From the NCBI GenBank assembly GCA_964579545.1, contig CAZOGQ010000001.1, positions 1 through 39,985 on the forward strand: a stretch of DNA of 39,985 nucleotides, read 5' to 3'. Made by a program: the position numbers and the translations under genes. Shown here piece by piece: positions 8,544-16,824 of this stretch (the first letter of the stretch is position 1; each line of letters begins with the position of its first letter). Source of the DNA: Candidatus Woesearchaeota archaeon. GTDB taxonomy: Archaea; Nanobdellota; Nanobdellia; Pacearchaeales; GW2011-AR1. The notes beneath the pieces were generated by a model. It was not told the DNA's origin. It ran no database searches and saw only the letters and a list, made by a program, of their open reading frames with translations.

Positions 8544-8659
8544 TTTTTTATATTTTGACATATATGTTGGGTTACACAAAAACTTAAAAAGAAAGTCTAG
8601 CCTATTAAAATTAGAGATAGAGGTGATTACACTAATAAAAAATACTAAATTTATTAACA

Positions 8660-11314
8660 ATGAATAAGTTGAGAAATTACAGAAAAATAAGAAGTTGTCT
8701 TTTAGTTTTATTTTTTTTAATTACTTTAATAATTAATTCTAATATGAGTTTTAGTGATTTAAATGATTCCCTTATATTAAACTTTATAGAACCAACCGCT
8801 AAAAACAATGCTACAACAGCAAATACAAGTACGATAATAAATATCAATGCTAATAAAAATGTGGATTCTTGCATATTGGTTTGGAACGGCTCTCGTAAAT
8901 TGTTTGATGAGGTGTCTGTTGAGCCACAGGAAAAATATGTTAAGAATCCTATACTAACAAGGTCTTCTAGTGGTTGGGATGAGTGGGGTATACGGGATCA
9001 AACATTTTTGGTTTATCCTAATGGTAGTTTAGTTTATGATGCAGACGGGAACCTATCTTTATATTATCGGGGCGAAAATAATAACAGAGCTTCAAGTATA
9101 GGGATAGCTATTTGTAGTAGGTCAAATGATAAGAAGACTATGGCTTGTTCAAAATATATGGGGAATCCTGTCTTTACTCCAGAAGAGATGGGGTGGAATT
9201 CAATTTCAAGGGTTGGCACAGGCTCTGTTATCAAAAATGGCTCTACTTATTGGCTGTATTTCTGGGGCTGGAATGGTACCGGAAATTATGAGTTGTATTT
9301 AGCAAATAGTTCAGATGGAATAAATTGGAGGGCATATAGCTTATCACCTATCTTAAGCTCAAGCCAATTTTATCCTGAAAGGGGTATTTCTCTTCAAAAT
9401 GTAAGATATGTTAAAAAAGGATTTTGGGTAATGTATATAGAACATAGTGCTTATGATATTGTTTATGCGACCTCTACAGATGGAATTTCTTGGACAGTGC
9501 AAAATAATGGAAAACCAATTATAGTTACTACAGACTGGGGTTATAAAACTTGTAACCCTAAATTTATAGAATTAGAGGATAATAAGTATATTATGGGAAT
9601 CAACAGTTATCCTGGCAATGGCGTGTATTGGCGTGGTGGTTTTTTAATTTCTACTAATTTAATTGATTGGGTAGATTATGGAAAAATTGTTTTAGATGCT
9701 GGAGCAGACAGTTATTGGGATGATGACAGAATTGAACATTTAGAGATAATTAAAGATGATATTAATGGAGAGATAATTGGCATGACCTACTTTGGCTGTC
9801 CTTCAGGACATGCTACATGGCATTGTGCAATTGGTTACACAACAATCAACCAATCTAAAACTAGTTCAGGGAATTATACAATGAAAATTCATAATGCAGG
9901 TGGGAGTACAACAGCGCTTCATAATATAACCCATTTAAAAGATGGGGAACAAATTTATTATGTTTGGTGTAATGATTCAGCAGGAAATTCAAATATAACA
10001 GAAACAAGAATTTTAAATGTTGACGCAAAACAGAAAATAGGTAATGACTCTCTTATCTTAAAAATGCATTTTGATAATAATCTAAAATATGGTGAAAATA
10101 ATAGTTTTGTTTATGATTTTTCTGGTAATGGGAACAATGGAATTGTAATGGGAGCGTTTTGGACCCCATCTGGTAAGTTCAATGGCTCATTTAACTTTGA
10201 TGGAAATGAAGATTATATTGCTTTAGGAAATAGCAACATTCTAAATCTAACTTATTTTACAATATCATTTTGGGCAAAACCAAATCAAATATCAGACCTT
10301 AGATTTATTCTCTCAAAAAGATATGGTAGTGATTATACTGTCCCTTATCAATTATATTTTAAGTATGGGAGATTAAGACTTGTAATGGGAAATAAAACTA
10401 CAAGTATGTGTGCATATAGCCCCATATCAACAGCAAATGAATGGCAATATTTTACAGCAGTAGTTAATGGTACAAGTATGAAAGTTTATAGAAACGCAGT
10501 TGAGGGAATTTCAACAGAATTTATTGGACAAAGGCAGTATAATAATAAAAATTTATATATTGGGAAATACGGAAGTTCAAATAAACTTTGGTATAATGGC
10601 TTAATAGACGAGCTAAAAATATGGAATAAAGCTCTAACAGAAGAAGAAATAAAAGAAGAATATGAAAAAGCAGATGAACCAGAAAATATTGGCATGGTTC
10701 TATATTTTTCTTTTAATGAGACAAATAGCAATACTGCACATGATTCTATAGGAAAAAATCATGGCACTATTCATGGTGCAGAATGGACACAAGGTAAAAT
10801 GGGAAATGCTCTGAACTTTGATGGAAATGAAGATTATATTGCTTTAGGAAATAGCAACATTCTAAATCTAACTTATTTTACAATATCATTTTGGGCAAAA
10901 CCAAATCAAATATCAGACCTTAGATTTATTCTCTCAAAAAGATATGGTAGTGATTATACTGTCCCTTATCAATTATATTTTAAGTATGGGAGATTAAGAC
11001 TTGTAATGGGAAATAAAACTACAAGTATGTGTGCATATAGCCCCATATCAACAGCAAATGAATGGCAATATTTTACAGCAGTAGTTAATGGTACAAGTAT
11101 GAAAGTTTATAGAAACGCAGTTGAGGGAATTTCAACAGAATTTATTGGACAAAGGCAGTATAATAATAAAAATTTATATATTGGGAAATACGGAAGTTCA
11201 AATAAACTTTGGTATAATGGCTTAATAGACGAGCTAAAAATATGGAATAAAGCTCTAACAGAAGAAGAAATAAAAGAAGAATATGAAAAAGCAGATGAAC
11301 CAGAATCTTTGTAA
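8660..11314 (+). CDS. Large secreted surface protein: beta-propeller glycosidase-like N-terminal region plus two LamG/concanavalin-A-like lectin domains
   Basis: 884 aa with a signal-like N-terminus. Repeated 'W..Y/F..G..S.DG..W' blades resemble the GH43/GH32/GH130 superfamily. Two Laminin_G_3-type domains end in 'LIDELKIWNKALTEEEI'. N-x-S/T sequons are very frequent. Confidence 0.75.
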   Translation: MNKLRNYRKIRSCLLVLFFLITLIINSNMSFSDLNDSLILNFIEPTAKNNATTANTSTIININANKNVDSCILVWNGSRKLFDEVSVEPQEKYVKNPILTRSSSGWDEWGIRDQTFLVYPNGSLVYDADGNLSLYYRGENNNRASSIGIAICSRSNDKKTMACSKYMGNPVFTPEEMGWNSISRVGTGSVIKNGSTYWLYFWGWNGTGNYELYLANSSDGINWRAYSLSPILSSSQFYPERGISLQNVRYVKKGFWVMYIEHSAYDIVYATSTDGISWTVQNNGKPIIVTTDWGYKTCNPKFIELEDNKYIMGINSYPGNGVYWRGGFLISTNLIDWVDYGKIVLDAGADSYWDDDRIEHLEIIKDDINGEIIGMTYFGCPSGHATWHCAIGYTTINQSKTSSGNYTMKIHNAGGSTTALHNITHLKDGEQIYYVWCNDSAGNSNITETRILNVDAKQKIGNDSLILKMHFDNNLKYGENNSFVYDFSGNGNNGIVMGAFWTPSGKFNGSFNFDGNEDYIALGNSNILNLTYFTISFWAKPNQISDLRFILSKRYGSDYTVPYQLYFKYGRLRLVMGNKTTSMCAYSPISTANEWQYFTAVVNGTSMKVYRNAVEGISTEFIGQRQYNNKNLYIGKYGSSNKLWYNGLIDELKIWNKALTEEEIKEEYEKADEPENIGMVLYFSFNETNSNTAHDSIGKNHGTIHGAEWTQGKMGNALNFDGNEDYIALGNSNILNLTYFTISFWAKPNQISDLRFILSKRYGSDYTVPYQLYFKYGRLRLVMGNKTTSMCAYSPISTANEWQYFTAVVNGTSMKVYRNAVEGISTEFIGQRQYNNKNLYIGKYGSSNKLWYNGLIDELKIWNKALTEEEIKEEYEKADEPESL
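10193..10685 (+). repeat. Direct repeat copy 1 (493 bp, 100% identical to 10814..11306)
   Basis: A base-by-base read shows identity with an offset of exactly 621 nt (207 codons), in frame. Confidence 0.95.
10814..11306 (+). repeat. Direct repeat copy 2 (493 bp, 100% identical to 10193..10685)
   Basis: Same evidence as copy 1. Identity starts inside the LamG domain (at 'NFDGNEDY') and ends at 'ADEPE'. Confidence 0.95.
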
Positions 11315-11340
11315 CTTGAATGTAGTTACAAATGGAAAGG

Positions 11341-11348
11341 TTTATAAA
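11341..11348 (+). promoter_or_regulatory. TATA box (TTTATAAA), 29 nt upstream of the ATG at 11370
   Basis: Fixed spacing shared with other genes in the window. Confidence 0.5.
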
Positions 11349-11369
11349 GTTTAGAATTATCAGATTTTT

Positions 11370-12146
11370 ATGAAAAGAAGAACATATAGTGTTATAAATG
11401 AAGAGTTTAGCTTATTTTTAAATGAATTAGATAAAGAACTAAAAGCTACAGAAATGGGATATTCCTTAGTTGGAGGAGCTGCGGTTCAGACACATTTAGC
11501 AAACTTATTATCTAGAAAGTATGAAAAAAGTATAGGAGAATTAGATGATAAAGTAAGACTTCAGAATTATATCAGGGCTACAGATGATGTAGATCTTTGT
11601 TTGCCAATTACTAATGATGCAGAAGGTGCTAAAAAGATTCTGGCTCTCATCAAATCTTTAGAAAAAGAGCTCATCTCACCAACAGAGCAGCACTTCATAA
11701 AATATACTTTAGAAAGATCTGGAATAAGAAGGCCAGTTTTTAGGGTGTATGTCGACGGTGAAACTGTTCAGGATAGTTTAATTAAACTAAATCTGTACAC
11801 TAGCGCGAAAGATGTTCGAGGTTTTGACGCTGGAAAATATTCAAGATTTGTAGATAATTCACAAGAAATTTCTTTCCCTTATTGTAATAATTTTGATGTA
11901 AAAGCAAGAGTTGCCAGTAAAGAAGACACTCTTGCAGGAAAAATATCTAGATTTAGTCCTAAAGATGCCATGGATATTTGGAATCTAACCCTACTAACTG
12001 AAGAACTTGGCGAAAAGTTAGATACCCGAGAAATGAAAAATATGCTTTTACCAAATCATGAAGAACATTATAATCTTTTCATGCATGGATTAAAAGTTTC
12101 ACAAGGTAAAGAAGAACCTATAAACCATCCAGACTTGATTAATTAA
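11370..12146 (+). CDS. AbiEii/AbiGii-like nucleotidyltransferase-fold protein (DUF1814-like), no adjacent AbiEi partner
   Basis: It has the Pol-beta NTase pattern 'LVGGAAVQTHL...RATDDVDLCL'. The later 'KEDTLAGKISRFSPKDAMDIWNL' resembles the AbiEii C-terminal motif. Confidence 0.5.
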   Translation: MKRRTYSVINEEFSLFLNELDKELKATEMGYSLVGGAAVQTHLANLLSRKYEKSIGELDDKVRLQNYIRATDDVDLCLPITNDAEGAKKILALIKSLEKELISPTEQHFIKYTLERSGIRRPVFRVYVDGETVQDSLIKLNLYTSAKDVRGFDAGKYSRFVDNSQEISFPYCNNFDVKARVASKEDTLAGKISRFSPKDAMDIWNLTLLTEELGEKLDTREMKNMLLPNHEEHYNLFMHGLKVSQGKEEPINHPDLIN

Positions 12147-12180
12147 ATGTGTATTTTAAAAAATTTATTTAATCACTAAT

Positions 12181-12188
12181 TTTAAATA
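12181..12188 (+). promoter_or_regulatory. TATA box (TTTAAATA), 29 nt upstream of the gatE ATG
   Basis: Box starts at 12181 and the ATG is at 12210. Confidence 0.5.
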
Positions 12189-12209
12189 TACCTTTTTCTT
12201 ATTGTTTTT

Positions 12210-13661
12210 ATGGATTATAAAAAAATAGGTTTAATGTCTGGAATTGAAATACATCAACAACTTGATACTGGTAAGTTGTTTTGTTCTTGTCCAAGTGTTT
12301 TGAGAACAGATAAGCCAGACTTAAATGTTGGAAGAAGACTACATGTTGTGGCAGGAGAAGCTGGTCAGACAGATGAGGCGGCTGAATATGAAAAAACAAG
12401 AGACAGGCAATTTATTTATGAGTTTTATAATGATACAAACTGCTTAATTGAATTAGATGAAGCACCCCCTAAACTTATTAATCAAGATGCATTGAAAATA
12501 GCTCTTCAGATTTCTCTTCTTTTGAATTGTGAAATAGTTCCTGTTAGTCAGATTATGAGGAAGACAGTTATAGATGGAAGTAATACATCTGGTTTCCAAC
12601 GCACAGTTCAAATAGCACGAAATGGCTATGTTGAAACAAAACAAGGCAAAATTGGTATTGAGGGTGTGTTTCTTGAAGAAGATGCCGCAAGAATAATTTC
12701 TCGAGATAAAGAGAATAATAAAATTGTATATAGACTTGACAGACTTGGTATCCCTCTTGTAGAAATAGCAACTGCTCCGGATATTAAGACTCCTAAACAG
12801 GCTAGAGAAGTTGCTTTACAAATTGGCGAAATTCTTCGGGCATGTAAAGTAAAAAGAGGCATAGGCACAATTCGACAAGATGTAAATATATCCATTGCAA
12901 ATGGAAAAAAACAAAGAAAGAGAATTGAAGTTAAAGGTGTTCAAGAGCCGCGGTTAATACAAAAGGTAATTGAAAATGAAGCTAAAAGGCAGCTTGAACT
13001 TATAAAGAAAAAGAAAAATATAAACGAGGTACGCAAGGCAAATCCAGATGGCTCTACATCATTTCTTAGACCAATGCCTGGTGCATCTCGAATGTATCCT
13101 GAAACAGACCTTCCACTTTTAAAAATTTCAAGGCAGTTAATTGATGAAGTTAAAAAATCTCTGCCGAGACTTAAGTCAGAGCTCCGGCATGAGTTAAGAC
13201 AGGAAGGTTTAAATGAAGAATTAATTTCTTTATTGCTTAAAGAAAATAAGCTGCAGGAATATAAAGAGCTTCTTCATATAATAGAAGAGCCTAGCCTCAT
13301 TGTAAAAATGCTTACTCTCTGGTTGAAGGAAATTGCAAGCCATGAAAAAAAATCACAAACAGCAGCCCAAAAAAAATTAAATATAGATGTTCTTGAAGCA
13401 ATCTTACAGAGTTTAAATAAAAACCAAATACAAGAAACAGATATCAAACAAATTATGGCAGATATTGTTAATGGAAAAAATGTACAAGAGGCATTAAAAA
13501 TAGAAAAAGTAGATATAGGCAAGATAGAAGAAGAAATTCTTCACTTAATTAAAGGAAAACCTGGCTTAAACATAAATGCATATATGGGTCTCATTATGAA
13601 AAAATTTAAGGGTTTCTCAGGAAAACAAATTATTGAGATTCTGAAGAAGTATGTTAAGTAG
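12210..13661 (+). CDS. gatE: Glu-tRNA(Gln) amidotransferase subunit E, short form lacking the AspRS-like (GAD) insertion domain
   Basis: GatE-type motifs are present: 'GIEIHQQLDTGKLFCSCPS', 'RKTVIDGSNTSGFQRT', 'GIPLVEIATAPD', 'GTIRQDVNISI' and 'FLRPMPGASRMYPETDLP'. It has a YqeY/GatB-like tail. It is 483 aa versus about 620 aa for characterised GatE. Confidence 0.8.
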   Translation: MDYKKIGLMSGIEIHQQLDTGKLFCSCPSVLRTDKPDLNVGRRLHVVAGEAGQTDEAAEYEKTRDRQFIYEFYNDTNCLIELDEAPPKLINQDALKIALQISLLLNCEIVPVSQIMRKTVIDGSNTSGFQRTVQIARNGYVETKQGKIGIEGVFLEEDAARIISRDKENNKIVYRLDRLGIPLVEIATAPDIKTPKQAREVALQIGEILRACKVKRGIGTIRQDVNISIANGKKQRKRIEVKGVQEPRLIQKVIENEAKRQLELIKKKKNINEVRKANPDGSTSFLRPMPGASRMYPETDLPLLKISRQLIDEVKKSLPRLKSELRHELRQEGLNEELISLLLKENKLQEYKELLHIIEEPSLIVKMLTLWLKEIASHEKKSQTAAQKKLNIDVLEAILQSLNKNQIQETDIKQIMADIVNGKNVQEALKIEKVDIGKIEEEILHLIKGKPGLNINAYMGLIMKKFKGFSGKQIIEILKKYVK

Positions 13662-13682
13662 CTAAAGATATAATCAAAACAT

Positions 13683-14675
13683 CTAATATAAAACAGTATT
13701 TATATTATGAACTTTGTAAACCAAAGCAGACTCTATTTTTTGAATATTTTTTGGAAATTTGTTTTTTAGTTCTCTTAAAAAATCATGTAACTCGAAATGA
13801 GAGGGGAAAACACACTCAAATTCCAGATCCCATCTACCCATCTCTTTTATTATTTTTATTGTAGAAGTAAAAAAGGCTATATAGCTAATTATCTCTTTTT
13901 CTTTTTCTTCATTTATGTTTGTTAGATTCAAAAAAACATAAAAATTGTTTAAACCAAGTAAAGAATATTCTAGTCTTATCTTGTATCCATAGATTATCTT
14001 GTCTTTCTCCATCCTCTTTATTCTTGCTCTTATTGTTTGCGGAGAAAGTTTTAATTTTTCCATTAACTCAAGCATACTAACTCGTGAATTTTGTTTTATA
14101 GAATTTATTATTTTGATGTCTGTTTTATCTATTTTTATTACTGGTTTTTCTTCAGTTGTGAAATCAATTTTTTGGTCTAGTCTGTTATAAAGAAAATTAT
14201 ATGGAAAGTGATAAGACTTTTCACCAATACATAATTCTTTATCTAAGATGTAGTTATTGAATTTGTAAATTATTTTGCTGTATATAGAATTCATCTCTTC
14301 TAAATTTCTTGCTAAAAAGACTATGCAGAAATCAAAGTTTCCATCAAGGGTAGCAACCCAGTGTATATTTTTTATTTTTTCTAAATCATCTAAAAGTTTT
14401 TTCTTTAATTGTTCATTAAAATGGTGAAATTTGAGGAAGAGTTTACAATGTAAATAGCTAAGTCTTTTCCGGTCAACTATTGTGCAAAATAAATTAATCA
14501 AGCCCGTATCTTGCATTCTCTTGACACGATAAGCAACAACATTTTTTGGTAATTTCACAGTTTTGCCAATTTGAGAAAATGATTGCCTAGAATTTTCAAA
14601 TAAAGCTAAGATTATTTTTTTGTCTTTCTCATCAAGTTTAATTTTTTTAATTTGTTTAACTAATTTCTTCTTCAT
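13683..14675 (-). CDS. Tandem (duplicated) Lrp/AsnC-family transcriptional regulator
   Basis: 330 aa with two HTH-plus-RAM modules. The first is 'LDEKDKKIILALFENSRQSFSQIGKTVKLPKNVVAYRVKRMQDTGLI'. The second is 'IDKTDIKIINSIKQNSRVSMLELMEKLKLSPQTIRARIKRMEKDKII'. A TTTATAAA box at 14697..14704 lies 29 nt from the ATG. Confidence 0.8.
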   Translation of the reverse strand: MKKKLVKQIKKIKLDEKDKKIILALFENSRQSFSQIGKTVKLPKNVVAYRVKRMQDTGLINLFCTIVDRKRLSYLHCKLFLKFHHFNEQLKKKLLDDLEKIKNIHWVATLDGNFDFCIVFLARNLEEMNSIYSKIIYKFNNYILDKELCIGEKSYHFPYNFLYNRLDQKIDFTTEEKPVIKIDKTDIKIINSIKQNSRVSMLELMEKLKLSPQTIRARIKRMEKDKIIYGYKIRLEYSLLGLNNFYVFLNLTNINEEKEKEIISYIAFFTSTIKIIKEMGRWDLEFECVFPSHFELHDFLRELKNKFPKNIQKIESALVYKVHNINTVLY

Positions 14676-14782
14676 TATATCAAATAGTAATTATTCTTTA
14701 TAAATTCTTCCTTTTTGTTCAAGATTTAAAGGGAAAGTTTGATATAATTTAAAATTCATGTTGTATTTAATAAGAAACTAAG

Positions 14783-15061
14783 ATGTTAGAAAAAATAGCG
14801 GTTGTTGAAATTCCACCCTGTGATAGAGATTTTACTACTACCTGCGGAGTCGTTATAGAATTTGATGAAAATTCAAAAAGATTGTTTGTTAACAGTAAAG
14901 AAAGAAAGTGGAAATATTCTAGACCACCAGAAGTTGGAGATAAGATATACCTAGGATGCTGCCATTCTTCTGGTGAAACATGTGATCACTGTCAAGGGAG
15001 GGAGTTATATGGTGAAATCAAAGAAATAAAGACTCTTGAAAATGCTAAGACCAAAATTTGA
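14783..15061 (+). CDS. Small Cys-rich (putative metal-binding) protein, first gene of an uncharacterised operon
   Basis: 92 aa with Cys at positions 13, 21, 59, 60, 67 and 70 ('GCCHSSGETCDHCQG'). Confidence 0.5.
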   Translation: MLEKIAVVEIPPCDRDFTTTCGVVIEFDENSKRLFVNSKERKWKYSRPPEVGDKIYLGCCHSSGETCDHCQGRELYGEIKEIKTLENAKTKI

Positions 15062-16064
15062 AAAAAACATAAGATATGAATCAGACTTAAGAGGAAAAGA
15101 GCCAGAATTTTTCATACAAATTGGTTTTGATAGCATTCATGATGTTCTTTTATCAATTGCTCATAGGCAATTGAGCAATGAAGGTTCTGGTTTGGTATGG
15201 AATAGTGAAAACAAAAGTTGGGCGAGAGTCATAAATGGCAAAACACTTTCTAATGCTTATGAAAAAAATAAAAAAGATACAAGAATCTATCATAATAAAA
15301 TTGAAGAGCATATAGAAGCTCTTGGTTTAGACAAGCTAAAAGAAAAAGATGAGAATTTAGAATTCATTATAATAAGCAATGGAAATCTTGGAAACAATCT
15401 TTGGCATGTTGCTTGGCAGTACGACAAAGAAAGAAGACTTTATCATTTAAAAGATGAGCCCTTCACAGAAAGGGTGTATTCATGTCTTGTTACTTCAAGA
15501 GATAAAAGCAAAAGACTAGGAATAAAAAGAATAAAATTTAATGAAGCAGAAGAAGTATTTGACGAAGCTGGCAGAACTATCTCAAGGGGGGTTAAATGGT
15601 GTGCTTATGGACAGCAAATTGTTAGAACAGACAATGAGAGAAATATCACAGAAGTTGTGCCAATTGAAGAAATTGTAGAGCAATTTTATGATGTTAGGCA
15701 TGTTTTTGATTTAAAAGACTTTGACAAGAGAAAAGAAAAAGATGGAATGGTGATTAGCAAATTATATGAAGATTATCCTACAAAATTCAGAGAAAATATG
15801 CTGATTAAGTTAAGAGAATTTCCAAGAGCAAAATATTATCATTCAACTCTTGGGACAAACGAAGAAGGCATTGTAATTTATCATTATAAGGATAAGATAG
15901 AAGAAATTGGAAAAAGACTTGTTGATAAAGGAGTAAAAGATGCCATAATCTTAGACCAAGGAGGGAGTGTAGGAATTTATTCCTCTTGGCTGAATGGCTT
16001 TTTAACAAGAAGCTCGTATTTCCGTCCTGCGCGAATTTCCACAATTGCTTTTGTTTTGAAATGA
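15042..16064 (+). CDS. Hypothetical protein; C-terminus faintly resembles phosphodiester-glycosidase (DUF2233/NAGPA-like) domains
   Basis: The tracked start at 15036 is a TTG, and the first ATG is at 15042. It overlaps the upstream gene by 20 nt. The C-terminal 'GTNEEGIVIYHY..IEEIGKRLVDKGVKDAIILDQGGSVGIY..RPARISTIAFVLK' recalls the 'LDGGGS' family pattern. No signal peptide. Confidence 0.45.
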   Translation: MLRPKFEKNIRYESDLRGKEPEFFIQIGFDSIHDVLLSIAHRQLSNEGSGLVWNSENKSWARVINGKTLSNAYEKNKKDTRIYHNKIEEHIEALGLDKLKEKDENLEFIIISNGNLGNNLWHVAWQYDKERRLYHLKDEPFTERVYSCLVTSRDKSKRLGIKRIKFNEAEEVFDEAGRTISRGVKWCAYGQQIVRTDNERNITEVVPIEEIVEQFYDVRHVFDLKDFDKRKEKDGMVISKLYEDYPTKFRENMLIKLREFPRAKYYHSTLGTNEEGIVIYHYKDKIEEIGKRLVDKGVKDAIILDQGGSVGIYSSWLNGFLTRSSYFRPARISTIAFVLK

Positions 16065-16366
16065 TGAAAAAATATTATGCAAGAGTAAATCTCATACAAG
16101 CAGGAGTTAGTTATTTGTCAGAGCATCACCCATATGCAATGGGAGACAATTTTTCATTAGAAGCAACATCTCCAGAAGAAGCTGTAAAAAAAGCTTATGA
16201 ACAATCAAGTGGGGAAGCATTTTCAGAATTTGATCCTTATATCAAGACAACTGAAGGCCTTTATTGTTTAATAAACATAGAGATAACCGAAGATTGCGAA
16301 AGTAAAGAGCCAAAATTTTGGAAAGCAGACATAAAAAATGGAAAAATAATCATTAAAAAAAGATAG
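16061..16366 (+). CDS. Hypothetical small protein
   Basis: The probable start 'MMKKYYARV' at 16061 forms an ATGA overlap with the stop of the preceding gene. The tracked start at 15986 would overlap it by 79 nt. Confidence 0.45.
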   Translation: MMKKYYARVNLIQAGVSYLSEHHPYAMGDNFSLEATSPEEAVKKAYEQSSGEAFSEFDPYIKTTEGLYCLINIEITEDCESKEPKFWKADIKNGKIIIKKR

Positions 16367-16377
16367 TTAAGTGAAAA

Positions 16378-16794
16378 ATGATATACAAAGTTATGTTAAA
16401 TTATAATTGGGGAAGAGAATTAGACGAAAGTTTAGTAGCAGATGATTTCGTTATTAATACAACAGAGCATTTTATTATAGCAGATTCTTTAGACAATGCA
16501 AAACTAAAAGCTGAAAAACTTAGAGAGGAAGAGAGAAGATTAGTTCAAATAAGTTTAAACCTTCCTTATATTGGGATTGAAAAAATTATGTCACAAAGAG
16601 AATTAATTCCATATATTGCAAAAATAAAACTTTCAGATGAGCAAGAAATATCAAGAGTTGTTGGAGTAAAACCCAATGAAGATTACAAGAAAACTATTGA
16701 GAGCTATTTAAAGAGGTGCTCTTCCAGTTGGTTATGGCAAAAAAGAGGTAGAGGAATTAGTATAGAAGAAATAATAAAAACAACAACTGAATAA
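16378..16794 (+). CDS. Hypothetical protein
   Basis: 138-aa ORF starting 11 nt after the preceding gene. It is the last gene of the packed operon, immediately upstream of the aspS promoter box. Confidence 0.45.
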   Translation: MIYKVMLNYNWGRELDESLVADDFVINTTEHFIIADSLDNAKLKAEKLREEERRLVQISLNLPYIGIEKIMSQRELIPYIAKIKLSDEQEISRVVGVKPNEDYKKTIESYLKRCSSSWLWQKRGRGISIEEIIKTTTE

Positions 16795-16795
16795 A

Positions 16796-16803
16796 TTTAT
16801 AAA
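16796..16803 (+). promoter_or_regulatory. TATA box (TTTATAAA), 29 nt upstream of the archaeal-type aspS ATG
   Basis: Box starts at 16796 and the ATG is at 16825. Confidence 0.5.
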
Positions 16804-16824
16804 CTTATTTTCTCTTTTTTTGAG

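Noticed and set aside
10193-11306. A diversity-generating retroelement (template/variable repeat pair) as the explanation for the identical repeats in the lectin gene. DGRs are known in DPANN.
   Set aside because: The two copies are 100% identical, with no adenine-specific differences. Both lie inside the same ORF, and no reverse transcriptase gene is present in the window.
12210-13661. The possibility that the 483-aa protein is GatB (its length fits GatB).
   Set aside because: The core motifs are GatE-type: 'IHQQLDT' and 'IDGSNTSGFQRT', rather than GatB 'IHVQL' and 'DLPKGYQISQ'. The short length is explained by loss of the insertion domain. Confirmation by profile search is still needed.
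15036-15041. The tracked start of the 342-aa ORF (shown as M).
   Set aside because: The codon at 15036 is TTG. The first ATG at 15042 gives 'MLRPKF' and a shorter overlap with the upstream gene. Either start is possible, and the ATG is preferred.
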